A stretch of DNA of 39,717 nucleotides from a virus (IMGVR_UViG_3300048670_000777:1-39717); one strand, 5' to 3'; shown: positions 1 to 9,567, counted from the first letter of the stretch. Notes: a model not told the origin generated them from the sequence alone. A program made the numbers and translations.

Positions 1-1
1 A

Positions 2-1981
2 TGTTTATATTGTGATTGTCCCCAATCATCAAGTAGTAGCAGTTCTACAAGTACGTGTGGAGCAGTAGATAACGATACACAAAATTGCTCATGTAATGGT
101 TCAGCAAGTGGTGTATCAAGTGGACGAGAATATATTGGCTGTACCCATATAGTCACTTTAAATTTAAATAATTTATGCTGTGATGGCACAAAAAGAAAAA
201 CAGGAAAACCGTGTTTTAAAACATTTAATTCTGGAAGAAATGGTTCTATTAGTATTTCTAGTCCTCCAGCATGGTTTGTTCCTGTTGATCATAATAAACA
301 AAATACTCCAGGATTTCAGGAACGACCTTCATTAGTTTCTGGAGATAATCACCATATTGCGTTTGCAAAAAATTATGAATCTTTAGAACGCTTATCAAAT
401 CCACAATTAAATCCATCTACTAAATTAATTTCTTGGGGAGATAACAGTAGAGGACAGACAACAATACCAAATTTAGATACTTATAATATATCATATGAAA
501 ATACCCTAAATGTTAGTGATAATAATATTGGTATAAGTGCAGCAGGAGATACAACATCTATAGCATTTAAAGATAGTTTAAATAATACTACTCATATTAA
601 ATGTTGGGGAAATAAAAATAAAAATTATGATTGGCCAACTAGTCCTTCGGGATATCAATTTCCACCTGGTGTACAATTTAATACAAGTTCATCTTCAAAT
701 ATTTCATCTATAAAAGTTGGTTCAATTAAAACATTAAAAGGAACAAATGGAGAAAGTACATTTGCTATTTCTGGAGATAGTGGATTTATTATAAATTTTG
801 ATGGAATTGATTTAAATTCTCCACAACAAACACAAATAAATAATGAATTTTATTCTTATGAATTTCAGCAGGTTAATTTTATTGCGGGAGTAAATGGGAG
901 TATTATTAGACCATATGTGGATACAGGTTCATATAAAAGAAATATAACATGCGAAGAATTAATTGGAAATAAAACATCAAATATTATTGCCTCTCAAATA
1001 GTAAAACAAAAAACAACAACAAATGTAAATAATATTACAATAGAAGGAAAAGATTATCCTGTTATTTTTGATTATAATTATGATATGGGATTTGCTACCT
1101 CTTATCAACACCCAATATCTTTAGGTTCACAATCTTCACAAACATTTACATCATTTTATAATAAAGTTGCTCAAAAAGAATCAACTGGTATTAAGGCAAA
1201 GCAGGTTTATGAATTACATGTTTCTGATAATTATGGAATAACTGCTCTAACGACAAAAGGAACATCTTCAACTGGAACTGACAATCCAGAATTAGTAACA
1301 ACATCATTTCAAAATGTAAATACTGGATTTTCATCAACATTGGGTGATAACACCATAGGTTCAAAACTTTATAAAAAAATTGATAAGAATTCATCATTTA
1401 AAGTATCACCATCTGGTGCATTTTCTGCAATAGTTACAAATGAAGGAAAAGCATTAGTTTCAGTTTTACCATCATTTGCATCACAATATAAATTTAATAT
1501 TCCAAGTGACATGTATTTTGATCCTCGTTATATAACAGTATCCAAAGACAGTATAACTTTAGTTGAACTTAATTGTACAATAGATGAAAGTTATTTACAA
1601 AATACTAGAGTTTATACTTATTCAGACATTAAAGCGGCTGGAGATTCCACAACATTTGAATTACAAAATAAAAGTTCAACTGAATCTGAAATAAGAGGAA
1701 AAAGTACATTTATCGTTATCATGGAATACATAAGTGGCTCTACCGAAGAAGTAACATTCCAAATAGGATCATTATCTGGGACTACTGAAAAATATATTAA
1801 TAGGGTTTTAAAAGTTTCTTCTGATATTCCAAATATTAAAATATATTTAACAGAAGCAGAATCTTCTTCTCTTTCTAATAAAATTATAGTTAAAGCATTT
1901 TTAGGAAGTGGGCAACAAGCCAGTTATAAAATATATACATCTAAAATTAACTGCTCAGGTGCTCCTCCTACCTGCACATAA
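2..1981 (+). CDS. Large Cys/Ser-rich protein, 5'-truncated, with RCC1/BLIP-II-like repeats; probable virion surface protein
   Basis: Frame 2 is open from base 2 to the stop at 1979-1981, so the GTG at 917 is internal. Reads CLYCDCPQSSSSSSSTSTC..., SGDNHHIAF...LISWGDNSRGQTTIP and ISAAGDTTSIAFKD...IKCWGN (RCC1-like). Confidence 0.7.
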   Translation, partial: CLYCDCPQSSSSSSSTSTCGAVDNDTQNCSCNGSASGVSSGREYIGCTHIVTLNLNNLCCDGTKRKTGKPCFKTFNSGRNGSISISSPPAWFVPVDHNKQNTPGFQERPSLVSGDNHHIAFAKNYESLERLSNPQLNPSTKLISWGDNSRGQTTIPNLDTYNISYENTLNVSDNNIGISAAGDTTSIAFKDSLNNTTHIKCWGNKNKNYDWPTSPSGYQFPPGVQFNTSSSSNISSIKVGSIKTLKGTNGESTFAISGDSGFIINFDGIDLNSPQQTQINNEFYSYEFQQVNFIAGVNGSIIRPYVDTGSYKRNITCEELIGNKTSNIIASQIVKQKTTTNVNNITIEGKDYPVIFDYNYDMGFATSYQHPISLGSQSSQTFTSFYNKVAQKESTGIKAKQVYELHVSDNYGITALTTKGTSSTGTDNPELVTTSFQNVNTGFSSTLGDNTIGSKLYKKIDKNSSFKVSPSGAFSAIVTNEGKALVSVLPSFASQYKFNIPSDMYFDPRYITVSKDSITLVELNCTIDESYLQNTRVYTYSDIKAAGDSTTFELQNKSSTESEIRGKSTFIVIMEYISGSTEEVTFQIGSLSGTTEKYINRVLKVSSDIPNIKIYLTEAESSSLSNKIIVKAFLGSGQQASYKIYTSKINCSGAPPTCT

Positions 1982-1985
1982 TTTA

Positions 1986-1993
1986 TATAAATA
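1986..1993 (+). promoter_or_regulatory. T4-type late promoter TATAAATA
   Basis: Exact gp55 consensus in the intergenic gap, 16 nt before the ATG at 2010. Confidence 0.7.
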
Positions 1994-2009
1994 AAATATA
2001 AGGTTAAAA

Positions 2010-4616
2010 ATGGAATATAATATTTATAAAATAAAAGAAATATTGTGCATAGAAGGAAGCTATAAAACTGGTTCATCTAGCGCAGCAATATCTAGTTCAT
2101 CATCAAGCAGTTCCAGCACCTCAGTATCCAGTTCATCTAGTAGATCTAGTTCATCATCAAATAGTTCTAGTTCATCTAGTAGATCTAGTTCATCATCAAG
2201 TAGTTCTAGTTCATCTAGTAGATCTAGTTCGTCTAGTTCATCATCAAGTAGTTCTAGTTCATCTAGTAGATCTAGTTCGTCTAGTTCATCATCAAGTAGT
2301 TCTGCAATTTGTTTGGCGTGTTCGACAACAGATTTTACTACAGCATCCTTTCCAACAACATCACAACCAAATGGTGTAAACTTTACATTATTATACTGTG
2401 GTACAACAACAACAAAATACACATATAGAGTAGATGCAACACAACCATCGAATCCAATATTATTGAGATATCAAAATGGTTGTACAGAAAAAATATTTGC
2501 ACTACAAAACTATGAATTATATGATAAATTTACTATAATTTTTGAAGGATTTTCTGCAGATGATAAAATTGATTTTTATAATTATAATTTTATTACAAAT
2601 AATTATACACAAATACAACAAAATGTTATAGGAAATAATCAAACAATAGAAATATTGATCGATAACACAACAAGATCTCTTCCAATAAATGCTTTTTATA
2701 TAAACAAAAAACCCCAAGGAACAGATACTCGACCAGTTTATAGGTGCACCGAATGGTCTTTACAAGTAAAACCAAATTCTTGTATATTAAAAACAAGCAG
2801 TTCTAGTTCATCCAGTAGTTCTAATTCATCTAGTAGTTCATCGTCAACTAGTTCATCAAGTAGTAGTTCATCAAGTAGAAATTCATCAAGTTCTGTTAGT
2901 TTTTATAATTGCGATGTTGATAAAGCAATGCAATCTGCAAATTGCCCTACACCCGGTGATAATTGTTTAAATAATGGCTGCTATGCAAGATCCGGAAATG
3001 GTGATGGATTATCATCAATATATTCAGACACTTTGGGTGGAAATGTGGAATATTTTTATCATTATGTTAATAGAGTGTATCCAATAATATTATCAGCAAC
3101 GATAAAACAATTAACTCAAAATATTGGTGCATGCAAAGCTAGAATTAGATTGGGTCAATATAATAGTGAAGGACAAGTACTACTAAAAAATTTAAAGGCT
3201 TGGGAAATATCAGAAGCCCCCGTAAGTGCATCGCAGACATGTTTGCCTCTTGCTTCATGTGACGGTTCTCAACAAATATGTTATGATAAATTGACAACAT
3301 CTATGAGCGGCGTATCACAGATTGATCTTTCATACGTAATAGAAGAAGTCGATAGTTGTGGCTCTAGCGGCAGCAATACAAATTTTAAATTTATATTTAC
3401 TGTTGAATATATAAATTGTTCAGAAGGAAATTCTGATGACTCTACCGATATCCCTACACAATATGTTTTTGAAGAAGGTGGTATGACGATATGCTATACT
3501 CCTAGTAGTGGAGGATTATCAAGTGTGTGTTCATTTACAGCCACTTCAAATATGGGTGGAACAGTTGGGGCTTGGGCATTTTTTAATACAAAATGTTTTA
3601 ATGGAAATACAATATGTGGAGACCAAATACAAAATTGTGGAAATTTTATATTACAAATACAACCATCTAATCCAAATTGGTGTACTCAATTTTATAATAC
3701 CATAGAAAGTTGTCTCCCGCTGGATTGTGGCGCAGAAGAAGTATTTGGTTGTGTTGATTCAACATTAGACGCAACTTGTGACTCCCCAAATCCATTATGC
3801 AAAACATATTTAAAAAATCATTATTGGAAACCATTACAGCATATTCATAATACAAGTAGATCTGGTCAAGATGGTACTGGTTTATGGCCGGGATATGTTA
3901 CTTCAGCAGCATGCAATGGAATGACTTTATATTTTGATTGGGAACGATTTTTAACAATAGGCCAACATACAGGAAGTATTGCTAGTTTATTAAATACGGG
4001 ATCAAGAGGTGATAAAAATAATATTAATTGGCTTTGGGAGAACGATAAAATTTTAAATAATGGTGTAGGTGGCTATAGGCCAAGTCGAGCTTTATATGAT
4101 TATTTAAGAAATTCGAGACAATATCATGAAACGGATCCTGATGTTTATAAATTAAATTCTAATTGCAGTAATTATTCTTGTACTCCAGGATCGTTTGATG
4201 CATTAAGTGGAACTTTTTATAATTTTTGGAAAGATCCTAATTTTAATCTAACATATAGAATACAATTTGATGTTCAATATACAGTAACTGTTCCAACTTA
4301 TATAAACACATTATCTTTAGAAACCTTCCCTTTGACATTTAATTCACTAGGAGAAAGAGAATTATCGGGTGTATCTTATGCAAATATTGAAACAAATGAT
4401 GATTATAAATCAAATCTTTTTGTCTCTTCTAGTGGTGGGGAATGTGATTGGGATTTTAATTGGAATGGATTTACACCATTTTATAAGAAAAGAACTATAA
4501 ATTCTGTTTGTGATATGGGTTTACTTATATTTCCAATAAATAATAAAATTCCTTGGCTATGGCAATATCAAACATTTAGAATAAATCCAGATTCTATAAA
4601 AATTATTGAAATTTAA
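2010..4616 (+). CDS. Cys-rich multidomain protein with poly-Ser linkers, function unknown (late, likely structural)
   Basis: 868-aa ORF with about 33 Cys by hand count, two long Ser tracts and an upstream late promoter. Confidence 0.75.
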   Translation: MEYNIYKIKEILCIEGSYKTGSSSAAISSSSSSSSSTSVSSSSSRSSSSSNSSSSSSRSSSSSSSSSSSSRSSSSSSSSSSSSSSSRSSSSSSSSSSSAICLACSTTDFTTASFPTTSQPNGVNFTLLYCGTTTTKYTYRVDATQPSNPILLRYQNGCTEKIFALQNYELYDKFTIIFEGFSADDKIDFYNYNFITNNYTQIQQNVIGNNQTIEILIDNTTRSLPINAFYINKKPQGTDTRPVYRCTEWSLQVKPNSCILKTSSSSSSSSSNSSSSSSSTSSSSSSSSSRNSSSSVSFYNCDVDKAMQSANCPTPGDNCLNNGCYARSGNGDGLSSIYSDTLGGNVEYFYHYVNRVYPIILSATIKQLTQNIGACKARIRLGQYNSEGQVLLKNLKAWEISEAPVSASQTCLPLASCDGSQQICYDKLTTSMSGVSQIDLSYVIEEVDSCGSSGSNTNFKFIFTVEYINCSEGNSDDSTDIPTQYVFEEGGMTICYTPSSGGLSSVCSFTATSNMGGTVGAWAFFNTKCFNGNTICGDQIQNCGNFILQIQPSNPNWCTQFYNTIESCLPLDCGAEEVFGCVDSTLDATCDSPNPLCKTYLKNHYWKPLQHIHNTSRSGQDGTGLWPGYVTSAACNGMTLYFDWERFLTIGQHTGSIASLLNTGSRGDKNNINWLWENDKILNNGVGGYRPSRALYDYLRNSRQYHETDPDVYKLNSNCSNYSCTPGSFDALSGTFYNFWKDPNFNLTYRIQFDVQYTVTVPTYINTLSLETFPLTFNSLGERELSGVSYANIETNDDYKSNLFVSSSGGECDWDFNWNGFTPFYKKRTINSVCDMGLLIFPINNKIPWLWQYQTFRINPDSIKIIEI
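2130..2303 (+). repeat. In-frame tandem repeat (39+39+48+48 bp) encoding SSSSRSSSSS... linker
   Basis: Unit agttcatctagtagatctagttcatcatcaa(a/g)tagttct twice, then two 48-bp versions carrying an extra tcgtctagt. Confidence 0.9.
2796..2894 (+). repeat. Second poly-Ser low-complexity linker
   Basis: About 33 codons, almost all AGY/TCN. Confidence 0.8.
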
Positions 4617-4620
4617 TAAT

Positions 4621-4628
4621 TATAAATA
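4621..4628 (+). promoter_or_regulatory. T4-type late promoter TATAAATA
   Basis: Exact consensus, followed by AAGGA and the ATG at 4654. Confidence 0.75.
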
Positions 4629-4653
4629 TAATATATAACAAAAGGAAATTATT

Positions 4654-4953
4654 ATGGAATTTATAAAACCACTAATTAATAACAGTTTAGAAGAATTTAA
4701 ACAAAATATTGAAACTTCATTATATACCAAATTAGCAAAAAAATTAGATGAAGTTAAAATAGATGCTGCATCTAATGTATACAATGAAGGCAAATGTGTT
4801 CCTTGTATAAAAAAAGTAAATGAAGGAAAAAAACATGATTCATATGAAGATTGTGTAGAATTTTATATGGATGCAAAAGATTATTCACAAGAAGATGCTC
4901 GTAGAGAATGTGGCCATCAAAAAACAGCAGGGAATATATTAGATGAAGAATAA
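4654..4953 (+). CDS. Prohead core protein, gp67-like
   Basis: Lies upstream of gp21; N-terminal helix (LINNSLEEFKQNIETSLYTKLAKKLDEVKIDAASNVY) resembles gp67; has (L/V)xE protease-type sites. Confidence 0.5.
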   Translation: MEFIKPLINNSLEEFKQNIETSLYTKLAKKLDEVKIDAASNVYNEGKCVPCIKKVNEGKKHDSYEDCVEFYMDAKDYSQEDARRECGHQKTAGNILDEE

Positions 4954-5491
4954 TATTAAAAAATCAATGAAAACAAAATTATATAAAAAAACCGCAGAAA
5001 AAATAGAAGAAATGCGACAAGAAATTGCTGCTTCTATTTTTGAATTTTATAAAGGTTCACATGATACTGGAGAAGCAGAAGGCGAAGTTTCCGATGAACC
5101 AAGTGACAAAGAAAAAGACGAAGTTCACCGCGAAGATTGTTTAAATCGATTAAAGAAAAAATATCCAAATAAAGATACATCATTTTATAATCAAAAAATT
5201 GAAGATGGTGAATGCAAAAAATTAGACGAAGCAAAAAAACCCACAACTAAAAAACCAGTTAAAAAACCAGTTAAAAAACCAACACAAAAATCAGCACCAG
5301 AAATGGCTCCTGTTCGTCCACAAGCAAGACAAAGTGCTCTTGACATTATGGCAAGAGCGATGCTTGGATTAGGTTCTTTAGGTGAACAAAAAATTCCATC
5401 AGCAGTTTTAGCAAGAAGAAAAGCAGGTGGAATGAAAAATGCAGAATCAAAACCATTGGGATTCAAAGGTAAACATCCCGGTAAAGGATAA
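4943..5491 (+). CDS. Prohead core/internal head protein (gp67-like N-terminus, Lys/Pro-rich C-terminus)
   Basis: KLYKKTAEKIEEMRQEIAASIFE parallels the preceding ORF; IFE/LDE/LGE motifs; KKPV repeats; directly upstream of gp21. Confidence 0.5.
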   Translation: MKNNIKKSMKTKLYKKTAEKIEEMRQEIAASIFEFYKGSHDTGEAEGEVSDEPSDKEKDEVHREDCLNRLKKKYPNKDTSFYNQKIEDGECKKLDEAKKPTTKKPVKKPVKKPTQKSAPEMAPVRPQARQSALDIMARAMLGLGSLGEQKIPSAVLARRKAGGMKNAESKPLGFKGKHPGKG

Positions 5492-5493
5492 AC

Positions 5494-6135
5494 ATGAAAC
5501 TCATAACAGAACATACAACAGAAGTAAAAATATTAACAGAAGAAAAAGAAGGCAAGAAGCATTTTTTCATTGAAGGAATCTTCATGCAAGCGGATCAAAA
5601 AAATAAAAATGGTCGTATATATCCTTATCCAATTCTAACAAGAGAATGTGGTAGATATGTAACAGAGTATGTTCAACAAAATCGTGCTCTAGGTGAATTA
5701 GGACATCCAGAAGGACCAACAGTAAATTTAGAAAGAGTTTCACATATTATCAAAGAACTCAATGTAAATGGTAAAGATGTTATCGGTAAAGCAAAAATTA
5801 TGGAAACTCCATATGGAAAAATTGTACAAAATCTTATGGACGAAGGTGCAAGATTGGGAGTTTCTAGCCGTGGTATGGGATCATTAAAAGAATTTCAAGG
5901 CGTAAATATGGTTCAAGAAGATTTTTCATTAGCAGCAGTGGATATTGTTGCAGATCCTTCTGCTCCAAATGCATTTGTAAATGGCATTATGGAAGGAAAA
6001 GAATGGGTATGGGAAAATGGCATAATTAAACCAGTAGTCATTGAACAGTACAAAAAACAAATAACCAAAACAAGCCAAAGAAAACTTGAAGAACAAAAGT
6101 TAAATATCTTCAAGGATTTTTTATCAAAATTATAA
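5494..6135 (+). CDS. gp21: Prohead protease
   Basis: MKLITE start, NKNGRIYP, ALGELGHP, GVSSRGMGS, DIVADPSAPNAFV. Confidence 0.97.
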   Translation: MKLITEHTTEVKILTEEKEGKKHFFIEGIFMQADQKNKNGRIYPYPILTRECGRYVTEYVQQNRALGELGHPEGPTVNLERVSHIIKELNVNGKDVIGKAKIMETPYGKIVQNLMDEGARLGVSSRGMGSLKEFQGVNMVQEDFSLAAVDIVADPSAPNAFVNGIMEGKEWVWENGIIKPVVIEQYKKQITKTSQRKLEEQKLNIFKDFLSKL

Positions 6136-6139
6136 ATTT

Positions 6140-6147
6140 TATAAATA
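6140..6147 (+). promoter_or_regulatory. T4-type late promoter TATAAATA
   Basis: Exact consensus upstream of the AAGGAG RBS of gp22. Confidence 0.8.
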
Positions 6148-6180
6148 TAATAGATTAATTGTCTAAGGAGATTACATAAA

Positions 6181-7368
6181 ATGGACGCCAAAAAAATAGC
6201 AGAAGAAATCATGCAAAACCTATTTGCATCAAATGAAGAACTCTACGAAGCCGAACAAAACGAAGAAGAAGGTGAAGAAGAGGAAAGTGAAGAAGAAGAA
6301 GGCGAAGAAAGCCCAGAACACGAACAAAAAGAACCAGCAGGCCACGAAGAAGCAGAAGCCAAAAATGGTTCTGTTGTTAACAATACTGCAGGTTCTACTG
6401 CTGCATCAGTTTCAATGAAACCAACAGGTAATATGGCTAGCCAAACAAACGCTGGTTCTGGAACATATTCCTCAGATGCACATGGCAGAAGTACCCACGA
6501 TGCAATGGGTAAGAGTGGACAATTTATTCAACCAGTCGCACAACCAGGCATGGCACAATCTGCAGCAGCAACTCTTCAAATGAAACCATCATGGGCTGGC
6601 GTACAAATGCCAACTTTTGATCGTGGCCAAATGGCAGAAGAAGTTAAGGCTATGTTTGGTGGTGCAGAAGATCTATCAGAAGAATTTGTTAACAAAGCAG
6701 CCAATCTATATGAAGCTCGTTTATTAACAAATTTACAAGAAATTACAGAACAATTATCAGAACAATTTGCAAATAAATTAGTAGAATCTGTAGAAACCGT
6801 TGCTGCTACTTTAGAAGAACAAGTTGATAATTATCTAAATTATGTTGTTGAACAATGGATGACAGAAAATAAATTAGCAGTTGAACAAGGTCTTCGCACA
6901 GAAATTGCAGAAAACTTTATCAATGGTTTAAGAGAACTTTTCAATAATTCATACATTGAGATTCCACAAGATAAGGTAAATGCATTCGATGAGATGGCTA
7001 CTGCAATTGAAGCACTAGAATCAAGAGTTAATGAAGAAATGGAAAAGAATGTAAATCTTGTAAACGAAATGCAAGATATGAAGGCTTCATTAATTTTTGC
7101 TGAAGAAACAGAAGCCCTCTCTGATCTAGATACAGAAAACATGAAGAAATTAGTAGAAAATCTTCGTTTTGATAATGAAGAAACTTTCAGAAGCAATGTT
7201 CAAACCTTAGTCGAAGGTTATGTCAAGAACAAAGTTTCAAAACCAACAAAGACTGCAAACACACTAACAGATTCAACTGTAAGTGAAGAGCCATCAAATG
7301 ATAAGGTTTTCATAACAGAATCTGTAAAGAGATATGCAGAAATTTTAGGTAGAACAATCAAGGGATAA
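6181..7368 (+). CDS. gp22: Prohead core scaffolding protein
   Basis: Between gp21 and gp23; LSEEF, VDNYLNYVVEQWMTENKLAVEQGLRTEIAENFINGL; acidic N-terminus. Confidence 0.93.
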   Translation: MDAKKIAEEIMQNLFASNEELYEAEQNEEEGEEEESEEEEGEESPEHEQKEPAGHEEAEAKNGSVVNNTAGSTAASVSMKPTGNMASQTNAGSGTYSSDAHGRSTHDAMGKSGQFIQPVAQPGMAQSAAATLQMKPSWAGVQMPTFDRGQMAEEVKAMFGGAEDLSEEFVNKAANLYEARLLTNLQEITEQLSEQFANKLVESVETVAATLEEQVDNYLNYVVEQWMTENKLAVEQGLRTEIAENFINGLRELFNNSYIEIPQDKVNAFDEMATAIEALESRVNEEMEKNVNLVNEMQDMKASLIFAEETEALSDLDTENMKKLVENLRFDNEETFRSNVQTLVEGYVKNKVSKPTKTANTLTDSTVSEEPSNDKVFITESVKRYAEILGRTIKG

Positions 7369-7387
7369 TTTTCAAAAAAAAGTAAAT

Positions 7388-7395
7388 TATAAATA
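7388..7395 (+). promoter_or_regulatory. T4-type late promoter TATAAATA
   Basis: Exact consensus upstream of the gp23 RBS (AAGGAG). Confidence 0.85.
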
Positions 7396-7431
7396 TATTT
7401 ACAAACAAATAGTTTAAAGGAGCTAGAAAAA

Positions 7432-8925
7432 ATGGACCCCCGCAATCAAATGTTAACAGAATCAGTAAGACAAAAATGGGACGCTATCGTTAATCACGAA
7501 GCCCTCCCAGAAATTAAGGATAACTATCGCAAGACAGTAACCACCATTCTACTTGAAAATCAAGAGAATGCTCTTCTCACAGAGAACGGCGTTCTTGGTA
7601 CAAGTTTAGGTAATGTTGGTGGTGGATCAGGCTCAACAACTGGTATCGATGCATTCGATCCAATTCTTATCAGCCTAGTTCGTCGTGCAATGCCAAATCT
7701 AATGGCCTACGATATTGCTGGCGTTCAACCAATGAATGGCCCAACAGGACTTATCTTCGCAATGAAGACCAAGTACAACGGCGCAGATTCAGTAACAGGT
7801 TCTCGCGGCAACAGCGAAGCACTCTTCAAAGAAGCTGATAGCGGTTTCTCTGGAAAGAACACAATCACAAAGAACACCAATCAAACGGGTGCAAACAACC
7901 AAGCAGCAGGTAGCAACAGCTATCATGCAGGCAGCATGGGTGATATGTTTGCTGGTGACGTTGGTGGCGGTTCTGATGGTTCATTCGAAGCTGGTACAGG
8001 TATGCCAACAACTACTGCTGAAACTTTAGGTTCAACAGGTAATGCATTTAACAAGATGTCATTCAGCATTGAAAAGACATCTGTAACTGCTCGTAGCCGT
8101 GCTCTACAAGCAGAATACACAACAGAACTCGCTCAAGACCTCAAGGCAGTACACGGTCTAGATGCAGAAACTGAACTTGCAAACATTCTTTCAACAGAAA
8201 TTATGTTTGAAATCAACCGTGAACTAGTAAGAACAATTTATCAAATTGCTCGTCTAGGTTGCCAACAAAGCGATCTAAACGGCAAGCAAACTGGTAGAGG
8301 TCTAAACAGTAATGCAGGCGGTGGTGTATACGATCTAGAACTAGACTCCGATGGCCGTTGGTCAGCCGAGAAGTTCCGTGGTCTAACTTTCCAACTTGAA
8401 AGAGAAGCCAATGTAATTGGCGCAGAAACACGTCGCGGCAAGGCTAACTTTGCCATCGTTTCACCAGACGTAGGTGCAGCACTAAGCATGAGTGGTCTAT
8501 TAGACTTCAGCCCAGCTTTTAGTGGCGGAATCAACACCGACGTAAATGGTAACAGCTTTGCTGGTACTCTGCATCAAGGTAGAATCAAGGTCTATATCGA
8601 TCCATATTCAATGCCAACACAATATAATGACTTTACACCAGTCAACTATGTTTGTGTAGGTTACAAGGGAACAAGCCCATATGATGCAGGTATATTCTAC
8701 TGCCCATACGTTCCACTACAAATGGTAAGAGCTGTTGATACTGCTACTTTCCAACCAAAGATTGGATTCAAGACTCGCTACGGCATGGTCAGCAATCCAT
8801 TCGTCACAACAACTGTTAGTGGTTTCACACCAGACGGCGAACAACTAACACCAAGAGTTAACCAATACTACCGCATCTTCCGCGTAGACAACCTACACGG
8901 TAACGACGCAAGTTACGGTGGCTGA
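7432..8925 (+). CDS. gp23: Major capsid protein
   Basis: DPILISLVRRAMPNL, GVQPMNGPTGLIFAM, ELAQDLKAVHGLDAETELANILSTEI, FYCPYVPL, FQPKIGFKTRYG. Confidence 0.99.
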   Translation: MDPRNQMLTESVRQKWDAIVNHEALPEIKDNYRKTVTTILLENQENALLTENGVLGTSLGNVGGGSGSTTGIDAFDPILISLVRRAMPNLMAYDIAGVQPMNGPTGLIFAMKTKYNGADSVTGSRGNSEALFKEADSGFSGKNTITKNTNQTGANNQAAGSNSYHAGSMGDMFAGDVGGGSDGSFEAGTGMPTTTAETLGSTGNAFNKMSFSIEKTSVTARSRALQAEYTTELAQDLKAVHGLDAETELANILSTEIMFEINRELVRTIYQIARLGCQQSDLNGKQTGRGLNSNAGGGVYDLELDSDGRWSAEKFRGLTFQLEREANVIGAETRRGKANFAIVSPDVGAALSMSGLLDFSPAFSGGINTDVNGNSFAGTLHQGRIKVYIDPYSMPTQYNDFTPVNYVCVGYKGTSPYDAGIFYCPYVPLQMVRAVDTATFQPKIGFKTRYGMVSNPFVTTTVSGFTPDGEQLTPRVNQYYRIFRVDNLHGNDASYGG

Positions 8926-8952
8926 TAGAGTTAGTTAAAGGGGATTCATTGA

Positions 8953-8987
8953 ACAAGGGCGGCTAGAAATAGCCGCCCTTGTCTTTT
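8953..8987 (+). terminator. Rho-independent terminator after gp23
   Basis: Perfect 13-bp stem ACAAGGGCGGCTA / TAGCCGCCCTTGT with GAAA tetraloop, followed by CTTTT. Confidence 0.9.
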
Positions 8988-8994
8988 ATAGATA
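8987..8994 (+). promoter_or_regulatory. Late-promoter variant TATAGATA
   Basis: One mismatch to consensus; immediately after the terminator and before AGGAGG and the ATG at 9009. Confidence 0.5.
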
Positions 8995-9008
8995 CTTTAG
9001 GAGGATTT

Positions 9009-9557
9009 ATGGCATCAGAAATAGCAAAATCAGTTATAGGAAGACAACCCCAAACAATAAATACATTACAATATAATCAATTTAGATTTATATTACACAG
9101 AACCCCTGAAATAATTTATTTTTGTCAAGGAGTAAAATTTCCGGGATTGTCTATGGATACGATAAAACAACCTTCTCCGTTTGCAACAGCAATTCAAAGA
9201 ACTCCAAATAATGTTACATATGAAAATTTAGAATTTTCATTTTTAGTTGCAGAAGATTTTAAAAATTGGTTAGAAATTCATAATTGGATGCATAAATTAT
9301 TACCAATAAGACAGTTTGATAATCAGTATAAAGAAAATATCAACAGTCTAACTGGAGACACGCGAGAAGTTAGATTTCAAGATGCAAGTTTGGTGTTGAT
9401 AAACAGTGTATCTAAAGGATTCATGGAAGTAGTCTTTCATAATTGTTTTCCAGTTAATCTTGCTGGTATAGAATTTTCAAGCACAGTTACAGATTCAAAA
9501 CCAGTAATTTCTTCTGTACAATTTGCATATTCGGGATATACTATAAACACAATATAA
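9009..9557 (+). CDS. gp3: Tail tube terminator / tail completion protein
   Basis: NQFRF, YFCQGVKFPG, YENLEFSFLVAEDFKNWLEIHNWM, FHNCFPVNLAGIEF. Start moved from the TTG at 8979 (inside the terminator) to ATG 9009, which follows AGGAGG. Confidence 0.88.
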   Translation: MASEIAKSVIGRQPQTINTLQYNQFRFILHRTPEIIYFCQGVKFPGLSMDTIKQPSPFATAIQRTPNNVTYENLEFSFLVAEDFKNWLEIHNWMHKLLPIRQFDNQYKENINSLTGDTREVRFQDASLVLINSVSKGFMEVVFHNCFPVNLAGIEFSSTVTDSKPVISSVQFAYSGYTINTI

Positions 9558-9567
9558 GGAGTGATTT

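Noticed and set aside
917-1981. GTG start at 917 from the ORF track
   Set aside because: The frame is open back to base 2, so the gene starts upstream of the window.
2130-2303. Possible CRISPR array
   Set aside because: The units are contiguous with no unique spacers, are in frame within a CDS, and no cas genes are present.
2060-2422. Minus-strand ORF with ELLDDELD repeats
   Set aside because: It is the antisense shadow of the poly-Ser repeat, with no RBS or promoter support.
8979-9008. TTG start for gp3
   Set aside because: It lies inside the terminator stem; ATG 9009 has a strong AGGAGG.
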